DNA of 64,000 nucleotides from an uncultured Candidatus Saccharibacteria bacterium (GCA_964525455.1 CAZGHP010000002.1:1362-65361); one strand, 5' to 3'. Positions 26,427 to 36,765 are shown, counted from the first letter of the stretch. Numbers and translations are program-made. Notes: generated by a model not told the origin, from the sequence alone.

Positions 26427-27019
26427 CCGCGCGCGTGACCGCCAGCCGCGATAGCCGCCTCGACGATACCGGTCAGCTCGTCGATCGCTTCATCCAGGTC
26501 GTCATTCACGATCTCCACATCGAACTCATGCCGGGCGGCGAGCTCTATCTTCGCGGTAGCCAGCCGTTTCGTGACCTGTTCCGCCGAATCCGTCCCCCGG
26601 CCGCGAAGCCGGTCCGCCAGCGCCGCTTCGCTCGGCGGGGCGATGAAGATCAGGGCCGCCTCCGGAATCGCCCGGCGGACCTGACGGGCGCCCTGCACTT
26701 CCAACTCCAGCGCGACGGAATCGCCGTGCCGCAGGTGTCGCTCGACTTCGGAACGCAGCGTTCCGTACTGATAGTCGGCGTACCGCGCGTGCTCGACGAA
26801 CTCCCCCGCCGCTATCCGCCGGTCGAATTCCGCCGGCGACAAGAAGTAGTAGTCCGCGCCGTCACGCTCACCGTTCCGCTTGGGCCGGGTGGTCGCTGAC
26901 ACGGAGTATGCGAAGCGCGGTACACGTTTGCGAACCGCCCGGATCAACGTACCCTTGCCGACCCCCGACGGACCGGTGACGACGACCAGTATTCCCTGTC
27001 CGGCCGGCGGCACGCTCAT
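26423..27019 (-). CDS. gmk: Guanylate kinase
   Basis: P-loop GPSGVGKGT and SVSATTR motifs. ATGA overlap with the upstream rluA-family gene. Confidence 0.9.
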   Translation of the reverse strand: MSVPPAGQGILVVVTGPSGVGKGTLIRAVRKRVPRFAYSVSATTRPKRNGERDGADYYFLSPAEFDRRIAAGEFVEHARYADYQYGTLRSEVERHLRHGDSVALELEVQGARQVRRAIPEAALIFIAPPSEAALADRLRGRGTDSAEQVTKRLATAKIELAARHEFDVEIVNDDLDEAIDELTGIVEAAIAAGGHARG

Positions 27020-27681
27020 CGCGCACCCTTCCTTCGGAACGCCGTGAGCTCTTCCGGCAACGGGTCTTCGACCTCGACCGCCTTCCCCGTCCGCGGATGC
27101 GTGAACCGGAGCCGGCTGGCGTGCAGGAAGTGGCGGTCAAGGCCGGCTGCCGAGGTACCGTAGGTCCGGTCACCGACGACCGGGTGGCCGAGCGCCGCCA
27201 GGTGCACGCGAATCTGGTGGGTACGGCCGGTACGCGGTTCCACCTCGAGCAGGGCACGGCCGTCCGCGGTTTCTTGTACCCGGTACACGGTGACTGCCGC
27301 GCGGCCGTCGGGACGTACGGCGAAGCGCTTGCGATCGGCATGGTGCCGCGCGATCGGCGCGTCGATCTCGGCGGTCCGTTGCTTCGGGGTCCCTTCCACC
27401 AGCGCAAGATAGCGTTTTCCGACCCGGCGGTCCTTGAACTGGGCAGCCAGGTGCCGGGCCGCCGCGTCAGTCTTGGCGATGATCAACAACCCCGAGGTGT
27501 CGCGGTCCAACCGGTGCACCAGTCCGTGCCGGTCGAGCCGTTGCGTCGCCGGGAGACGGTCGGCCAGCCAGTCGAGCAAGGTGCCGGACGGTCGGCCGGC
27601 GCCCGGATGGACGGTCAGTCCCGCCGGCTTGCTGATCACCGCCAGGTCGTCGTCTTCGTAACGGACCACCGGTTCACGCAC
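27016..27681 (-). CDS. RluA-family pseudouridine synthase
   Basis: HRLDRDTSGLLIIAKT catalytic motif. GTG start at 27681 chosen so the overlap with lspA is minimal. Confidence 0.8.
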   Translation of the reverse strand: MREPVVRYEDDDLAVISKPAGLTVHPGAGRPSGTLLDWLADRLPATQRLDRHGLVHRLDRDTSGLLIIAKTDAAARHLAAQFKDRRVGKRYLALVEGTPKQRTAEIDAPIARHHADRKRFAVRPDGRAAVTVYRVQETADGRALLEVEPRTGRTHQIRVHLAALGHPVVGDRTYGTSAAGLDRHFLHASRLRFTHPRTGKAVEVEDPLPEELTAFRRKGAR

Positions 27682-28177
27682 CGGCGTCCTTCCGCCATAA
27701 ACCGAACAGCAGCGCGCCGCCACCCAGCAGGATCCAGATATCGGCCAAGTTGAAGTGCGACGACGGCCCGATCGCGATGATGTCCAGCGCACCGCCGGAG
27801 GTCACGCGGTCGATCGTGTTGCCGAGCGCTCCGGCCAACAGCAGCCACAGCCCGACCTGGAGCATGGGGCGGGCGGTGCGCCTCAGCAGCCAGATGATAC
27901 CCGCTGCGATCAGCACGCCGGCAACCAGCAGGATATCGTTGGCGACCGGTAAGCCCAAGACCCCGGACCGGTTCACGAGCGGGGCGATTGTCACCGGACC
28001 GAGTTCCATCACTTGCCCGGCCTGCGACACCAGTAGTTTGGTGAGCTGGTCCGCCACCAGCAGGGCCGCGGCGACGGCTCCCGCTCCGGCCGCTTCCGGG
28101 CGCAACCGAGTACCCCCGTTCACGGCCGCTGCCGTTCGCGATAGCGGGTCACCAGGACCCAAAGACTGACGGCACAC
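27674..28177 (-). CDS. lspA: Lipoprotein signal peptidase II
   Basis: Four TM helices, NRSGVLGL and ...FNLADIWI motifs. Exact start uncertain (overlaps lgt). Confidence 0.75.
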   Translation of the reverse strand: MCRQSLGPGDPLSRTAAAVNGGTRLRPEAAGAGAVAAALLVADQLTKLLVSQAGQVMELGPVTIAPLVNRSGVLGLPVANDILLVAGVLIAAGIIWLLRRTARPMLQVGLWLLLAGALGNTIDRVTSGGALDIIAIGPSSHFNLADIWILLGGGALLFGLWRKDAGA

Positions 28178-28902
28178 AGGACGAGGGACACCGGCACGAC
28201 GGCCCGCAGGCCGCCCGTCAGGTACAGCGTATCGGCCGGATGATGCCAGGGTTCCAGGATCAGCTGCGAGGCCGCCACTAACAACATGCCGGTCCAGAAC
28301 ACCATGCCGGCCGGCGCCGGCCGCGGGCGGAGCCGCCAGAGCCGGTAGGCGTAGAGCGCTATCGCGGCGTAGATGACGGCCGCGTAGATCGCCAGTGGAT
28401 GAAGCCGCTCGCCGATCGTGGCCAACGCCGGACGCTCGTCATAGGCCAGGCCCCACGGCAATCCGGTAGCGGTACCGAGGTAGTCGCCGTTCAAGTAGCT
28501 GCCGAGTTTTCCGATCGCGAGACCGGCTACTGCCCCGACCGTGATCACGTCCAGCCAGCGCCAGACCGGCTCGCGGTGACGATGCAGCAGCAGCACGAGG
28601 ACCACCGAGCCGAGCAGCAGTCCGCCCGGCAGCGCCAATCGGCCGCCGCCGATCGCGAACCAGCTGGCGAATCCGCCGATCTCATCGGGACGTAGCGCGA
28701 GATACCACACCCGCGCGCCGACGAGCGCCGCCAGCGTCCCGTAGAGCGCGTAATCGGCCAGCCGGGCCGCCGGCAGCCCCGCCCGATTGGCCAACAGCAG
28801 CGTGACCGCCACTGCCACGACACAAGCGAGCACCACGAACAGACCGTAACTGTAGACGGTCAACGGGCCGAGTTCGAACAATACGGGATGCATGTCTTCC
28901 AT
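28120..28902 (-). CDS. lgt: Prolipoprotein diacylglyceryl transferase
   Basis: MHPVLFELGPLTVYSYGL N-terminus and ...GLPWGLAY signature. Start taken at the ATG at 28902 or 28893. Confidence 0.8.
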   Translation of the reverse strand: MEDMHPVLFELGPLTVYSYGLFVVLACVVAVAVTLLLANRAGLPAARLADYALYGTLAALVGARVWYLALRPDEIGGFASWFAIGGGRLALPGGLLLGSVVLVLLLHRHREPVWRWLDVITVGAVAGLAIGKLGSYLNGDYLGTATGLPWGLAYDERPALATIGERLHPLAIYAAVIYAAIALYAYRLWRLRPRPAPAGMVFWTGMLLVAASQLILEPWHHPADTLYLTGGLRAVVPVSLVLCAVSLWVLVTRYRERQRP

Positions 28903-29693
28903 TGTCCGCAGAGAACGCCCTGGCGGCAATCTCGCCGCCAAATGAAAAAGGCGCCAAGCTAAGGCCACCCCTTATAAACATTAATTGGTGCTCGCCGGCG
29001 CCCCTTTCCGAAGTAGCATTCGCCGCGGACGGCGAAGGACCAAGCATCGAAAGGAGTTGGGGCTCCCTGATGATCCGGGAGCCCCGGCCCTACCTATTCT
29101 TAGGTGTGCCGGGCAGCGGGCTTGGCACCGCCGGTCTGAGCCTCATACACGAGCATTTGTTTTGATTTTATCCCGTCAGAGGGCTCAGGCCGGTGGCGCA
29201 AAGAGTTGCTGCCCGGCACGTGGTCAGGACAAACGATGAAAGGTTCTTCCGAACGCTTGGATTTGGTTTGACGTCTTTGAAGTGATGGACCGCCGTGACG
29301 GGCCATCGTTGGTGTTTGTTTGCTCTCGAGAACGCTCCCGTAAGGAGCGAGACGTTCGTCCGCTGACCGGGTGGGTGGGATCGGCACCCGCTCGAACAGC
29401 AGGGCGTCGAGCACCTTCTGGCTAGCAATACGGTCAATGAAGGTTGGTGTTTTTGTTTTCCTTCTCAGGAGGCGCTGCGCATCTTGAGAGGGTGCTCGAG
29501 TCCCTGCCGTTCAAGGCTGGTAGGACACTGGTTGGTAAGGCGACAAAAAGTCCCGATGCTGCGGGCCGTTTGGCCACCGCTCAATCGGGATTAAGTCAAC
29601 TTATCACGCTGAACAAATACTGTCAATACCTATTCAAAAATTATGTTCAGCACGGCTCCGCGGGCTACGGGACGGGACGTATGGCGGGCGGTC

Positions 29694-30740
29694 CTAGCTC
29701 CGGACGTCCGAGGGCGGCTGTTCGGCGGGCTCCTCGTCCGGCTGCTCCGCGAACGCCTCCAGCTTCCGCTTGGCCTTCGTCTTGTCGGTCGGGAGCGTGC
29801 CGGCCTGGGTGATCTTCCCCCTGAGCCGATCGTAGTCCTTGCCGACCACGTCCACCGTATTGCGCGCGTTGCCGAGGTGCTTGAACAGCAGCCCCAGGCT
29901 GCCGCCGAGTTTTCCCGAATCCTGCTGGATCGCCCGGAGTTCTATCAGCACCTCCTTTGCCCGCGCCTCGATCTGTTCGCCCTCGAGGCTCTTCAATACC
30001 AACTGGAGGAACAGGTAGAAGTTGTTCGGCGAGACCAGGATCACGTGCTTCGCGGCTGCGTAATCGTAAAGGTCGGTGCTGGAATAGATCTCGTGGAAGA
30101 TGCCTTCGCCGGGTACGTACATGAACGCGTAGTCCACCGTGTCCTCGCCGGGCAGGATGTACTTCTTCGAGATGTCGTCGATATGCTTCTTGACCTGCTT
30201 GTGGAATTCCCGGAGCAACGGCGCGCGTTGGTCCTCCGGCACCTTGTGGGCGGCCAGGTACTTCTCGAGCGGAAACTTCGAGTCGATCGGGATCAGGCCG
30301 CTCGAGGTGAACACCACCGCGTCCACCTTCTCGCCGCTCTTGAAGCCGTACTGCAGCTTGAACTTCGCCTTCGGCAGGCACTCCGCCAGGATGTCGCGCA
30401 TCAGCGACTCACCGACGTTGCCGCGCAGTTTCGGCGAACGGAACACCTCGCGCATCTCCTCGATGGACTGGCCCATCTTCTGGATGCGTCCGACCTCCTG
30501 GTTCAGCGAAGCGATCACCTTGGCGGCGTTATCAAGGCGGTCGCCGATCTGGCGGGTCGCCTCCTGGGAACTCCGGCTGGCATGGCGCTGGTCCTCCTTG
30601 AAGTCCTTGAGCCATTCCACGAGGGCACCCTGGTCGTCTTTGCCCGCCCGTTCACGCCGTTGGCGGAGCAGTTCATAGTAGACCGCGCCGACCATCACTA
30701 CCAAGGTGACGGCGGCGATGACAAGGAGGGTGGTAGTCAT
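29694..30740 (-). CDS. rmuC: DNA recombination protein RmuC
   Basis: N-terminal TM and coiled coil. LRGNVGESLMRDIL motif typical of RmuC. Confidence 0.75.
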   Translation of the reverse strand: MTTTLLVIAAVTLVVMVGAVYYELLRQRRERAGKDDQGALVEWLKDFKEDQRHASRSSQEATRQIGDRLDNAAKVIASLNQEVGRIQKMGQSIEEMREVFRSPKLRGNVGESLMRDILAECLPKAKFKLQYGFKSGEKVDAVVFTSSGLIPIDSKFPLEKYLAAHKVPEDQRAPLLREFHKQVKKHIDDISKKYILPGEDTVDYAFMYVPGEGIFHEIYSSTDLYDYAAAKHVILVSPNNFYLFLQLVLKSLEGEQIEARAKEVLIELRAIQQDSGKLGGSLGLLFKHLGNARNTVDVVGKDYDRLRGKITQAGTLPTDKTKAKRKLEAFAEQPDEEPAEQPPSDVRS

Positions 30741-30749
30741 ACCTCCAGC

Positions 30750-31496
30750 CTAAAGCACATCGTCGGCCGCGGAAATGATCCGCGGCTCGGAAATATCGTA
30801 GACCAGGTCCTTCCGTTCCAGTACGATCCGCCAGCCGTTCTCCTTGGCGACCTCGAAAAGCTTCCGGTTGGGGTTGAAGGCGATCGGATGCTCGACCAGC
30901 TCCAGGAACCCGACGTCCCCTTCCGTATCGCCGACGCCGAACGAATCGTCCAGCTTGAACTCCGCATGCTTGGAAAGGAAGTACCGCACGATAGCGGCCT
31001 TGTCATAATACGGCTGCATCCCGATCGGTTTCCCGGTAAAGCGACCGGCCTTCATCTCTTGTTCCGAACCGAAGATATAGTCGAACTTGAGGTACCGGTT
31101 GTAGATCTTGAGCGCCGGCAGCAACATGCCGGAGACGGCCAACAGCGCGTACCCGCGTTCCCGGAGCCGCTCCAAGAGATCATGCGTGAACCGGTACTGC
31201 CGGTTCTTGAGCCGACCGATCACCTCATCCGCCAAGGCGGTGAACTCCCGCTCCGGGACGCCGACAAGATCATGCTCGATCAAGCGGACGAGCTGCTCGT
31301 TGTATTGTTCGAAGCTACCCTGTCGGTCCTTCCAGGCGTTCTGCGCGGCGACCAGGCCGGCATAGGCTCCCTTCGGCAGGAGTTCGACCGCGATCATCCG
31401 GTCGACGATCTCGATCATCACCGCGGAGCGGAACAACGTGCCGTCGATGTCGAAGATGGCGAGAGGGCGCTTGTCGTGTGTGTGTGACGCAGGCAT
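30750..31496 (-). CDS. HAD-superfamily hydrolase
   Basis: DxDGT motif (LAIFDIDGTLFRS). Start at the ATG at 31496 to avoid overlap with the upstream helicase gene. Confidence 0.7.
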   Translation of the reverse strand: MPASHTHDKRPLAIFDIDGTLFRSAVMIEIVDRMIAVELLPKGAYAGLVAAQNAWKDRQGSFEQYNEQLVRLIEHDLVGVPEREFTALADEVIGRLKNRQYRFTHDLLERLRERGYALLAVSGMLLPALKIYNRYLKFDYIFGSEQEMKAGRFTGKPIGMQPYYDKAAIVRYFLSKHAEFKLDDSFGVGDTEGDVGFLELVEHPIAFNPNRKLFEVAKENGWRIVLERKDLVYDISEPRIISAADDVL

Positions 31497-31510
31497 GGGG
31501 ATCGGTGCGG

Positions 31511-34417
31511 TCAGGACTTGGTCCGGTGCTTCGGTCGATGGCCGGGGCAGTCGGCGAACGGGCTGCATTCATGCGGCGTGGTGTTCGGCGGGAACTCGCC
31601 GTTCCGGATCGCGGCGGCCGTCTCCACGATCTTCTCACGCATCGCGGAAAGCTGCTTCTCCGTCGGCAGGGCGGCCGCCGACACGCCCGTCCCCACGAAG
31701 TTCAAGACGATCCGTTCCGGCGCCTCCCCTTGCTCCTCCTGGTAGGCCAGCGCGTAAATCTGGAGCTGCTTGGCCTGGTCGCTCTGTTTGATCTTCCGTT
31801 CCGCCTCGGCCGTGCTCCTTACCGATTCGCTGGTCTTATAATCCACGATCGTGGACTTGCCGTGGTGCGTGTCGATCCGGTCCAGACGTCCGATCACCAC
31901 GCAACCTGATAGCACCATCTTGAAAGGATGCTCCACCTTGGTCGGCGCCGGGCGCTTGGCCTCCTCGGCGAAAAACCGTTTGACCGTAGCGGCCCCCTGC
32001 TTCCGCACGCGCGCAAGCTGGCCGGGCCGGTGGATATCCGGAAGCGCCGTGACACCCCGCTCGAACCAGTCGAGGCTTTCCTTGAGGTCCGGCGCGCGGC
32101 CCTCCAGCTTGGCCCGGTTGATCCGTTCGATCACACGGTGGATCAGGTTCCCGTATTCCGTCACGAGCCGGCGTTCCTCGGGAAACTTCGCCACGTGCTT
32201 CCAGTAGTACTTAAGGGGGCATTCCCAGTAGTCGCGGAGCCGGGAGTAGGAAAGCCGGATCGTCTCGCCCGCCGCCGACGGGCTGGCCGCCGCCGTCACC
32301 GGCGTCGACTGGGTCAGTGCCCGCCACGCGTCCTTCGGCGCGTCCGGCAGCGTCGTCGCGATGTCGGTCCCGAGCGCCTCCGTCACGAACGGGCTGGTAC
32401 GCCAGGCCCTCTTGGTCTGGTAATCGCTGGCGGCGGTGAGGTAGCAGAACCGCTTGGCGCGGGTGATCGCCACGTAGCAGAGCCGCCGCTCTTCGCGTTC
32501 GTGGGCCGCACTGTCGATCTCCTTTCCGACCACCGGGTCGATCGCAAGCTGGTTGCCGCGCCGGGCCTGCGGGAACTTCCCCTTCACCATGCCGGCGGCG
32601 GCCACGACCTCGAACTCAAGTCCCTTGGCGCCGTGCGCGGTAAGGATCCGGACGGCATCGTACTCGGCGTCGTACTCGGCCGCGACCGACTCCTCGGAAA
32701 GCGCGACGATATCGGCGTAATGCCGCGCCCATCCGGTCACGCTCGGATCCCGCGCCGTGGCGGCGTACTGCCGGAGCCGCGCGAAGAGTTTGCCGAGGTT
32801 CTCGACCGGTTGCTCGTCGCCGCCGGCCCGGAGGCGCTCGGCGTACCCGGCTTCGGCCAGCCAGTCGTAGAGGAGCTCGTCCACCGGCCGCTCGCGGGCA
32901 CGGCGGGCGTAGTCACGGATATCGTCGAGAAGCTTTCCGATCTGCTCCTTGCCAGCCCCTTTCTCCCGCTGCCAGGTGAACACCTCCCAAAGCGGCTTGT
33001 GGTAGCGCTGCATTTGGGGGGCGGCCGCGAACAGCGCGTCCATCGGCACGTCGTAGATCGGACTCGCGGCGAGGTACTTCAGCGCCGGGGAATCGTGCGG
33101 GTCGGCCACGGCCAGGAGGAAGTTCACGCAAAGCTTTATCTCCGGCTGGTCGTAGAGCCGGCCGCTTCCCTCCGCACGGTACGGGATTCCAGCCGCCGCC
33201 AGCGCCCGTGCGAAGTGGGAGCCGAGTTTCTTCTGCCGGACCAGCACCGCCATTTCCTGCCACGGCACTCCCTGCTCGTGGTGATGCCGGAACCGTTCCG
33301 CCACCCCCTCGGCTTCGTCCGTGACCGTCGCGAAAGTCAGGAACTGCGGCGCTGCGGCCTCCTGTACCGCCGCGGCCGTGAGCCGCTTGTCGAAATCGCC
33401 CTGCGCCTCGAGCCGGTCGGGGTTATGGCGGACCAGCCGGTACGCCGCGTCGAGGATCGGCTGGGAGCTCCGGTAGTTCTCGGTCAGTACCACCCGCGCC
33501 GGTTTCCGATGGGTCTTTTCGAACCGCTGGATGTTCCCGATGTCCGCCCCCTGGAACGCGTAGATGCTCTGGTCGTCATCGCCGACCACCGTGAGGTTCC
33601 CGTCCGTGCCGGCGACCTCATCCACCAGCGCCGCCTGCGTCGCGTTGGTGTCCTGGTACTCGTCTACCAAGACCCAGGGAAACGTCTTCCGGATCCGGGC
33701 GCGGATCTCCGGCTTGTCCCGGAGCAGCCGGAGCGGCAGCTGCACCTGGTCCCCGTAGTCGATCAGATAATGTTCCCGCTTGAGCTCCTCATATGCCGCG
33801 TATGCCGCGGCCACCTCCCGGTGGCGGACCAGCTTCCGCCCGGCGTCGGCGCGTTCATCCGGGTCGGTGAGCTTCTTCACCCGGGCCGCTTCGCGCTTCG
33901 TCCACTTCACGTAGTCGGCGGGAGTAAGATCCTCCGCCTTGGCACGGTTGATCGCCGAGGCGAGTTCACCGAGATACGCCGCCGGGCGGCCACGCGGCGA
34001 GAGCGTCTCGAGGCCGAGTTCCTCGAGGTGGTCTTCGAGGAAAATCACCTGCTCCGCTTCGCCGAGCAGTTGGTACGTCGGCGGGAGTCCGAGCTCGAAG
34101 GAGTATTCACGAAGCAGCGCGTCGCCGAAGGCGTGGAACGTCTGGATATGTTCCGGCAACGACGGGAGTCCCATCCCGATCAGCCGATCGAGCATCTCGC
34201 CAGCTGCCTTCTCCGTGAAGGTGATAGCCAGGATCCCCGCCGCCGGCACGTCGCGTTCTTCGATCAGGTGGGCGATCCGCCGCGTGATCACGCTGGTCTT
34301 GCCGGTCCCCGCCCCGGCGATGATCAGGAGCGGCCCCGTGCCGTGGGTGACGGCGGCGCGTTGGGCATCGTTCAGCCCGTCGAGCGGCTTTTGGGATTGC
34401 GGAGATCGTGAGGACAC
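31511..34417 (-). CDS. UvrD/PcrA-family helicase fused to C-terminal PD-(D/E)XK (Cas4/RecB-like) Fe-S nuclease domain
   Basis: Walker A GAGTGKT, TFTEKAAGEM and VDEYQDTN motifs. C-terminal D...DYK and QLQIYALAY nuclease motifs plus a Cys cluster (CPLK...CSPFADC). Confidence 0.85.
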   Translation of the reverse strand: MSSRSPQSQKPLDGLNDAQRAAVTHGTGPLLIIAGAGTGKTSVITRRIAHLIEERDVPAAGILAITFTEKAAGEMLDRLIGMGLPSLPEHIQTFHAFGDALLREYSFELGLPPTYQLLGEAEQVIFLEDHLEELGLETLSPRGRPAAYLGELASAINRAKAEDLTPADYVKWTKREAARVKKLTDPDERADAGRKLVRHREVAAAYAAYEELKREHYLIDYGDQVQLPLRLLRDKPEIRARIRKTFPWVLVDEYQDTNATQAALVDEVAGTDGNLTVVGDDDQSIYAFQGADIGNIQRFEKTHRKPARVVLTENYRSSQPILDAAYRLVRHNPDRLEAQGDFDKRLTAAAVQEAAAPQFLTFATVTDEAEGVAERFRHHHEQGVPWQEMAVLVRQKKLGSHFARALAAAGIPYRAEGSGRLYDQPEIKLCVNFLLAVADPHDSPALKYLAASPIYDVPMDALFAAAPQMQRYHKPLWEVFTWQREKGAGKEQIGKLLDDIRDYARRARERPVDELLYDWLAEAGYAERLRAGGDEQPVENLGKLFARLRQYAATARDPSVTGWARHYADIVALSEESVAAEYDAEYDAVRILTAHGAKGLEFEVVAAAGMVKGKFPQARRGNQLAIDPVVGKEIDSAAHEREERRLCYVAITRAKRFCYLTAASDYQTKRAWRTSPFVTEALGTDIATTLPDAPKDAWRALTQSTPVTAAASPSAAGETIRLSYSRLRDYWECPLKYYWKHVAKFPEERRLVTEYGNLIHRVIERINRAKLEGRAPDLKESLDWFERGVTALPDIHRPGQLARVRKQGAATVKRFFAEEAKRPAPTKVEHPFKMVLSGCVVIGRLDRIDTHHGKSTIVDYKTSESVRSTAEAERKIKQSDQAKQLQIYALAYQEEQGEAPERIVLNFVGTGVSAAALPTEKQLSAMREKIVETAAAIRNGEFPPNTTPHECSPFADCPGHRPKHRTKS

Positions 34418-34434
34418 AGCCCCATTCTACCCTC

Positions 34435-35175
34435 CTACTCGAACAGCCCGCCGTCACGGCCGCCGCCCCGGTCCGAGCGCTTCCGCTCCGGCTCACGGAC
34501 GTAGCGCACCCCCTGCCGGGTGGTGCGCTGGAGCACCAGGTAGGCGGCGGCCGAAGCCGCGGCCAAGGTCGCCAACACGATCAGGCTGAAGAGGATGATG
34601 CCGCGCACCCGCACGAACTCGGTACCGAGCAGGCCGTCCACATACCCGGACAGTCCCGGGCTGAGCGACCCGAGGCCGATGATCGCGCAGAGCGCCACGA
34701 ACGCCGCGAGCCCCGCCCGGAGGTCCTGGACGCTCGGTGCCATCGCCGCCGTGATCGCGGAAGCCAGGTACGCGAAGAGCAGGAACTGCCAGGAGGAGAT
34801 CGCGAGTTCCCCGAACCCGACGAAACCCGGCACCAGGGCGAGGGCTAGCAGGTAGACCGCGATCGCCGCGCCGAGGATCGGCGCCACGCTGATGATGCCG
34901 ACGCCGAGCGCCATCCGCGGCTCTTCGTGCACCACCGCGCCGCCAGCGGCATCGAACACCCGGACCTGCCGGATCCGGGCGCCGGTCAGGATACAGGCCA
35001 GGGCGTGCGAATACTCATGGATGATCACGCCCGGCGCGATCAGGAACCGGTAGGTCCGTCCCACGAACACCCGCGCCAGGAACCAGTTGGCCGCATAGGA
35101 AAGGAGCAACGCCGCGACCAGCAGGCCGAGCAGCTGCACGCCCGGGTTAGCAATCAGTGCTTCGACGACCGTCAC
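34435..35175 (-). CDS. Polytopic membrane zinc metalloprotease (HExxH, M50-like)
   Basis: IIHEYSHAL inside a TM helix. GTG start at 35175, 4 nt after the upstream stop. The longer 35298 start overlaps 118 nt. Confidence 0.55.
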   Translation of the reverse strand: MTVVEALIANPGVQLLGLLVAALLLSYAANWFLARVFVGRTYRFLIAPGVIIHEYSHALACILTGARIRQVRVFDAAGGAVVHEEPRMALGVGIISVAPILGAAIAVYLLALALVPGFVGFGELAISSWQFLLFAYLASAITAAMAPSVQDLRAGLAAFVALCAIIGLGSLSPGLSGYVDGLLGTEFVRVRGIILFSLIVLATLAAASAAAYLVLQRTTRQGVRYVREPERKRSDRGGGRDGGLFE

Positions 35176-35179
35176 GGCG

Positions 35180-36652
35180 CTAGATCCAACTCTTGAACCA
35201 CATCCGGCGGGCGTAGTCGGCGGCGTCGAGCCCGACGCCCGTCCAGACCGGGTAGAAGTAAACGAACGCCAGCAGCGCCAGCGCGATGAACGCGACACCC
35301 TGCTTCTTCCCCCAGCGCCAGTCCGGCCGCTTGGTCAGCGCCCACCACAGCGTCGCGCCGCCGGCCAGCAGCGTCCCGGCCGTGAACCAGCCCACCGACC
35401 CGCCGAGCGCCGAGCGGAGGAGTAATCCGCCGAGCACCCCGTTCGCCGCCAACAGCCCGAGCCAGGCCACCGCCTGCGGCCACGGGTCCTTCGGCCGCCA
35501 GTACCAGTTCGAACCGAGCGCGTACGCCAGCGCCAGGATCACGAACGGCAGCGCGCCCGCATAATGATAGATGAACAGCACGCGCCCGATCACGGCCCAA
35601 GGCGCATAGTGCGCCAGGATCGCGAAAAGGACGAACGCCAGGACCAGGCTTCGACGCCGGGCCAACTGTACCGCCGCGAACAGCACGGCGAGGGCTCCGC
35701 CCCACCAGACGACGGGGTTGCCCATCGCGATGACGCCCTGCCACTGCCCTTCCACGACCTTGAAGTAGTAGGCGACCGGGCGGACCATCGCCGGCCAGGT
35801 GTACCAGTCGGATCCGTACGGATGCGTCGCGTCGAGATTATGGTGATAGTTCCAGATCTGCTTATGGATGCCGGCCGCGTTCTCGCCGGTCGAATCGAAC
35901 GGGACGTGGGCCGCGAAGATCGCGGCATAAATGATCACCGGTACGATGACCAGCCAGGCGACGTAGTGTTCCGCGCGGAAGAGATTCTCCTTACGGACGC
36001 CGAGCGCCGCGAGCAGCGATGCACCGGACCGGACCTTGAAGAACTTACGGATCCGGCGACGGTCGCGGAACGCGAACAGGAGGAGCAGTCCGGCCGCCGG
36101 GGCGACGAACGCCAGCGTGATCCACTTCAGGGACAGGCCGAGAGCGAGCGCCACGCCGGTGGCCGCGAGCCAGCGGTAGGCCGCCCCGCGGGTCTTCGCC
36201 TGGAGCGAGCAGAGGAACAGCAGGTAGGTCAGGACGTTGAAGAAGATGACGAAGCCGTCGAGCACGGCCGTCCGCGATTCGACGAGCAAGAAGCCGTCGA
36301 GCAACGCCAGCGTGCCGGCGAACGCCGGGATCACCGTCCCGCCGAACAGGCGTTTGGCGAGGAGGTACATCAGCGGTATCACCGCCGTGCCGAACAGCGC
36401 CGGTGCCAGACGCCAGCCGAAGGAATCGTAACCGAACAGCCATTCCCCGCCGGCGATCAGGAACTTGCCAAGCGGTGGCTCCGCGTCGAAGAACTCGGTG
36501 CCCGTAAGGTAGTTCTGGGCGAAGACCGCGAAGTACGTCTCGTCGAAGATGATCTCACCGGGATGTCCCAGATACACCAGCCGCAGCAACAATGCGGCGA
36601 GCGTCAGGCCCCCGAGAATCCACCAGTCACGGCGTGTCATGCTCCGCACCAT
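35180..36652 (-). CDS. GT39/GT83-type (PMT/ArnT-like) membrane glycosyltransferase
   Basis: IFDETYFA loop motif after the first TM. About 11 predicted TM helices. Confidence 0.7.
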   Translation of the reverse strand: MVRSMTRRDWWILGGLTLAALLLRLVYLGHPGEIIFDETYFAVFAQNYLTGTEFFDAEPPLGKFLIAGGEWLFGYDSFGWRLAPALFGTAVIPLMYLLAKRLFGGTVIPAFAGTLALLDGFLLVESRTAVLDGFVIFFNVLTYLLFLCSLQAKTRGAAYRWLAATGVALALGLSLKWITLAFVAPAAGLLLLFAFRDRRRIRKFFKVRSGASLLAALGVRKENLFRAEHYVAWLVIVPVIIYAAIFAAHVPFDSTGENAAGIHKQIWNYHHNLDATHPYGSDWYTWPAMVRPVAYYFKVVEGQWQGVIAMGNPVVWWGGALAVLFAAVQLARRRSLVLAFVLFAILAHYAPWAVIGRVLFIYHYAGALPFVILALAYALGSNWYWRPKDPWPQAVAWLGLLAANGVLGGLLLRSALGGSVGWFTAGTLLAGGATLWWALTKRPDWRWGKKQGVAFIALALLAFVYFYPVWTGVGLDAADYARRMWFKSWI

Positions 36653-36765
36653 TCAAGCGTACCACTTGATCTCAGGATAAGTCGGTGCCGGCGTGCCGTT
36701 CCGGCCGGCGGGCGCGACGGGGACGTTTTCACGGGCGTCCCACGGGCGCTATACTATACTCCGTT

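Noticed and set aside
29215-29260. Possible SRP (4.5S) RNA domain IV-like motif GGTCAGG...GAAAGG
   Set aside because: It lacks the GGAAGGAAGCAGC core and a convincing helix. Kept only as part of the non-coding-gap finding.
31928-34411. 827-aa plus-strand ORF antisense to the UvrD-like helicase-nuclease gene
   Set aside because: Mirror-image ORF of a gene with full helicase and nuclease motif complement.
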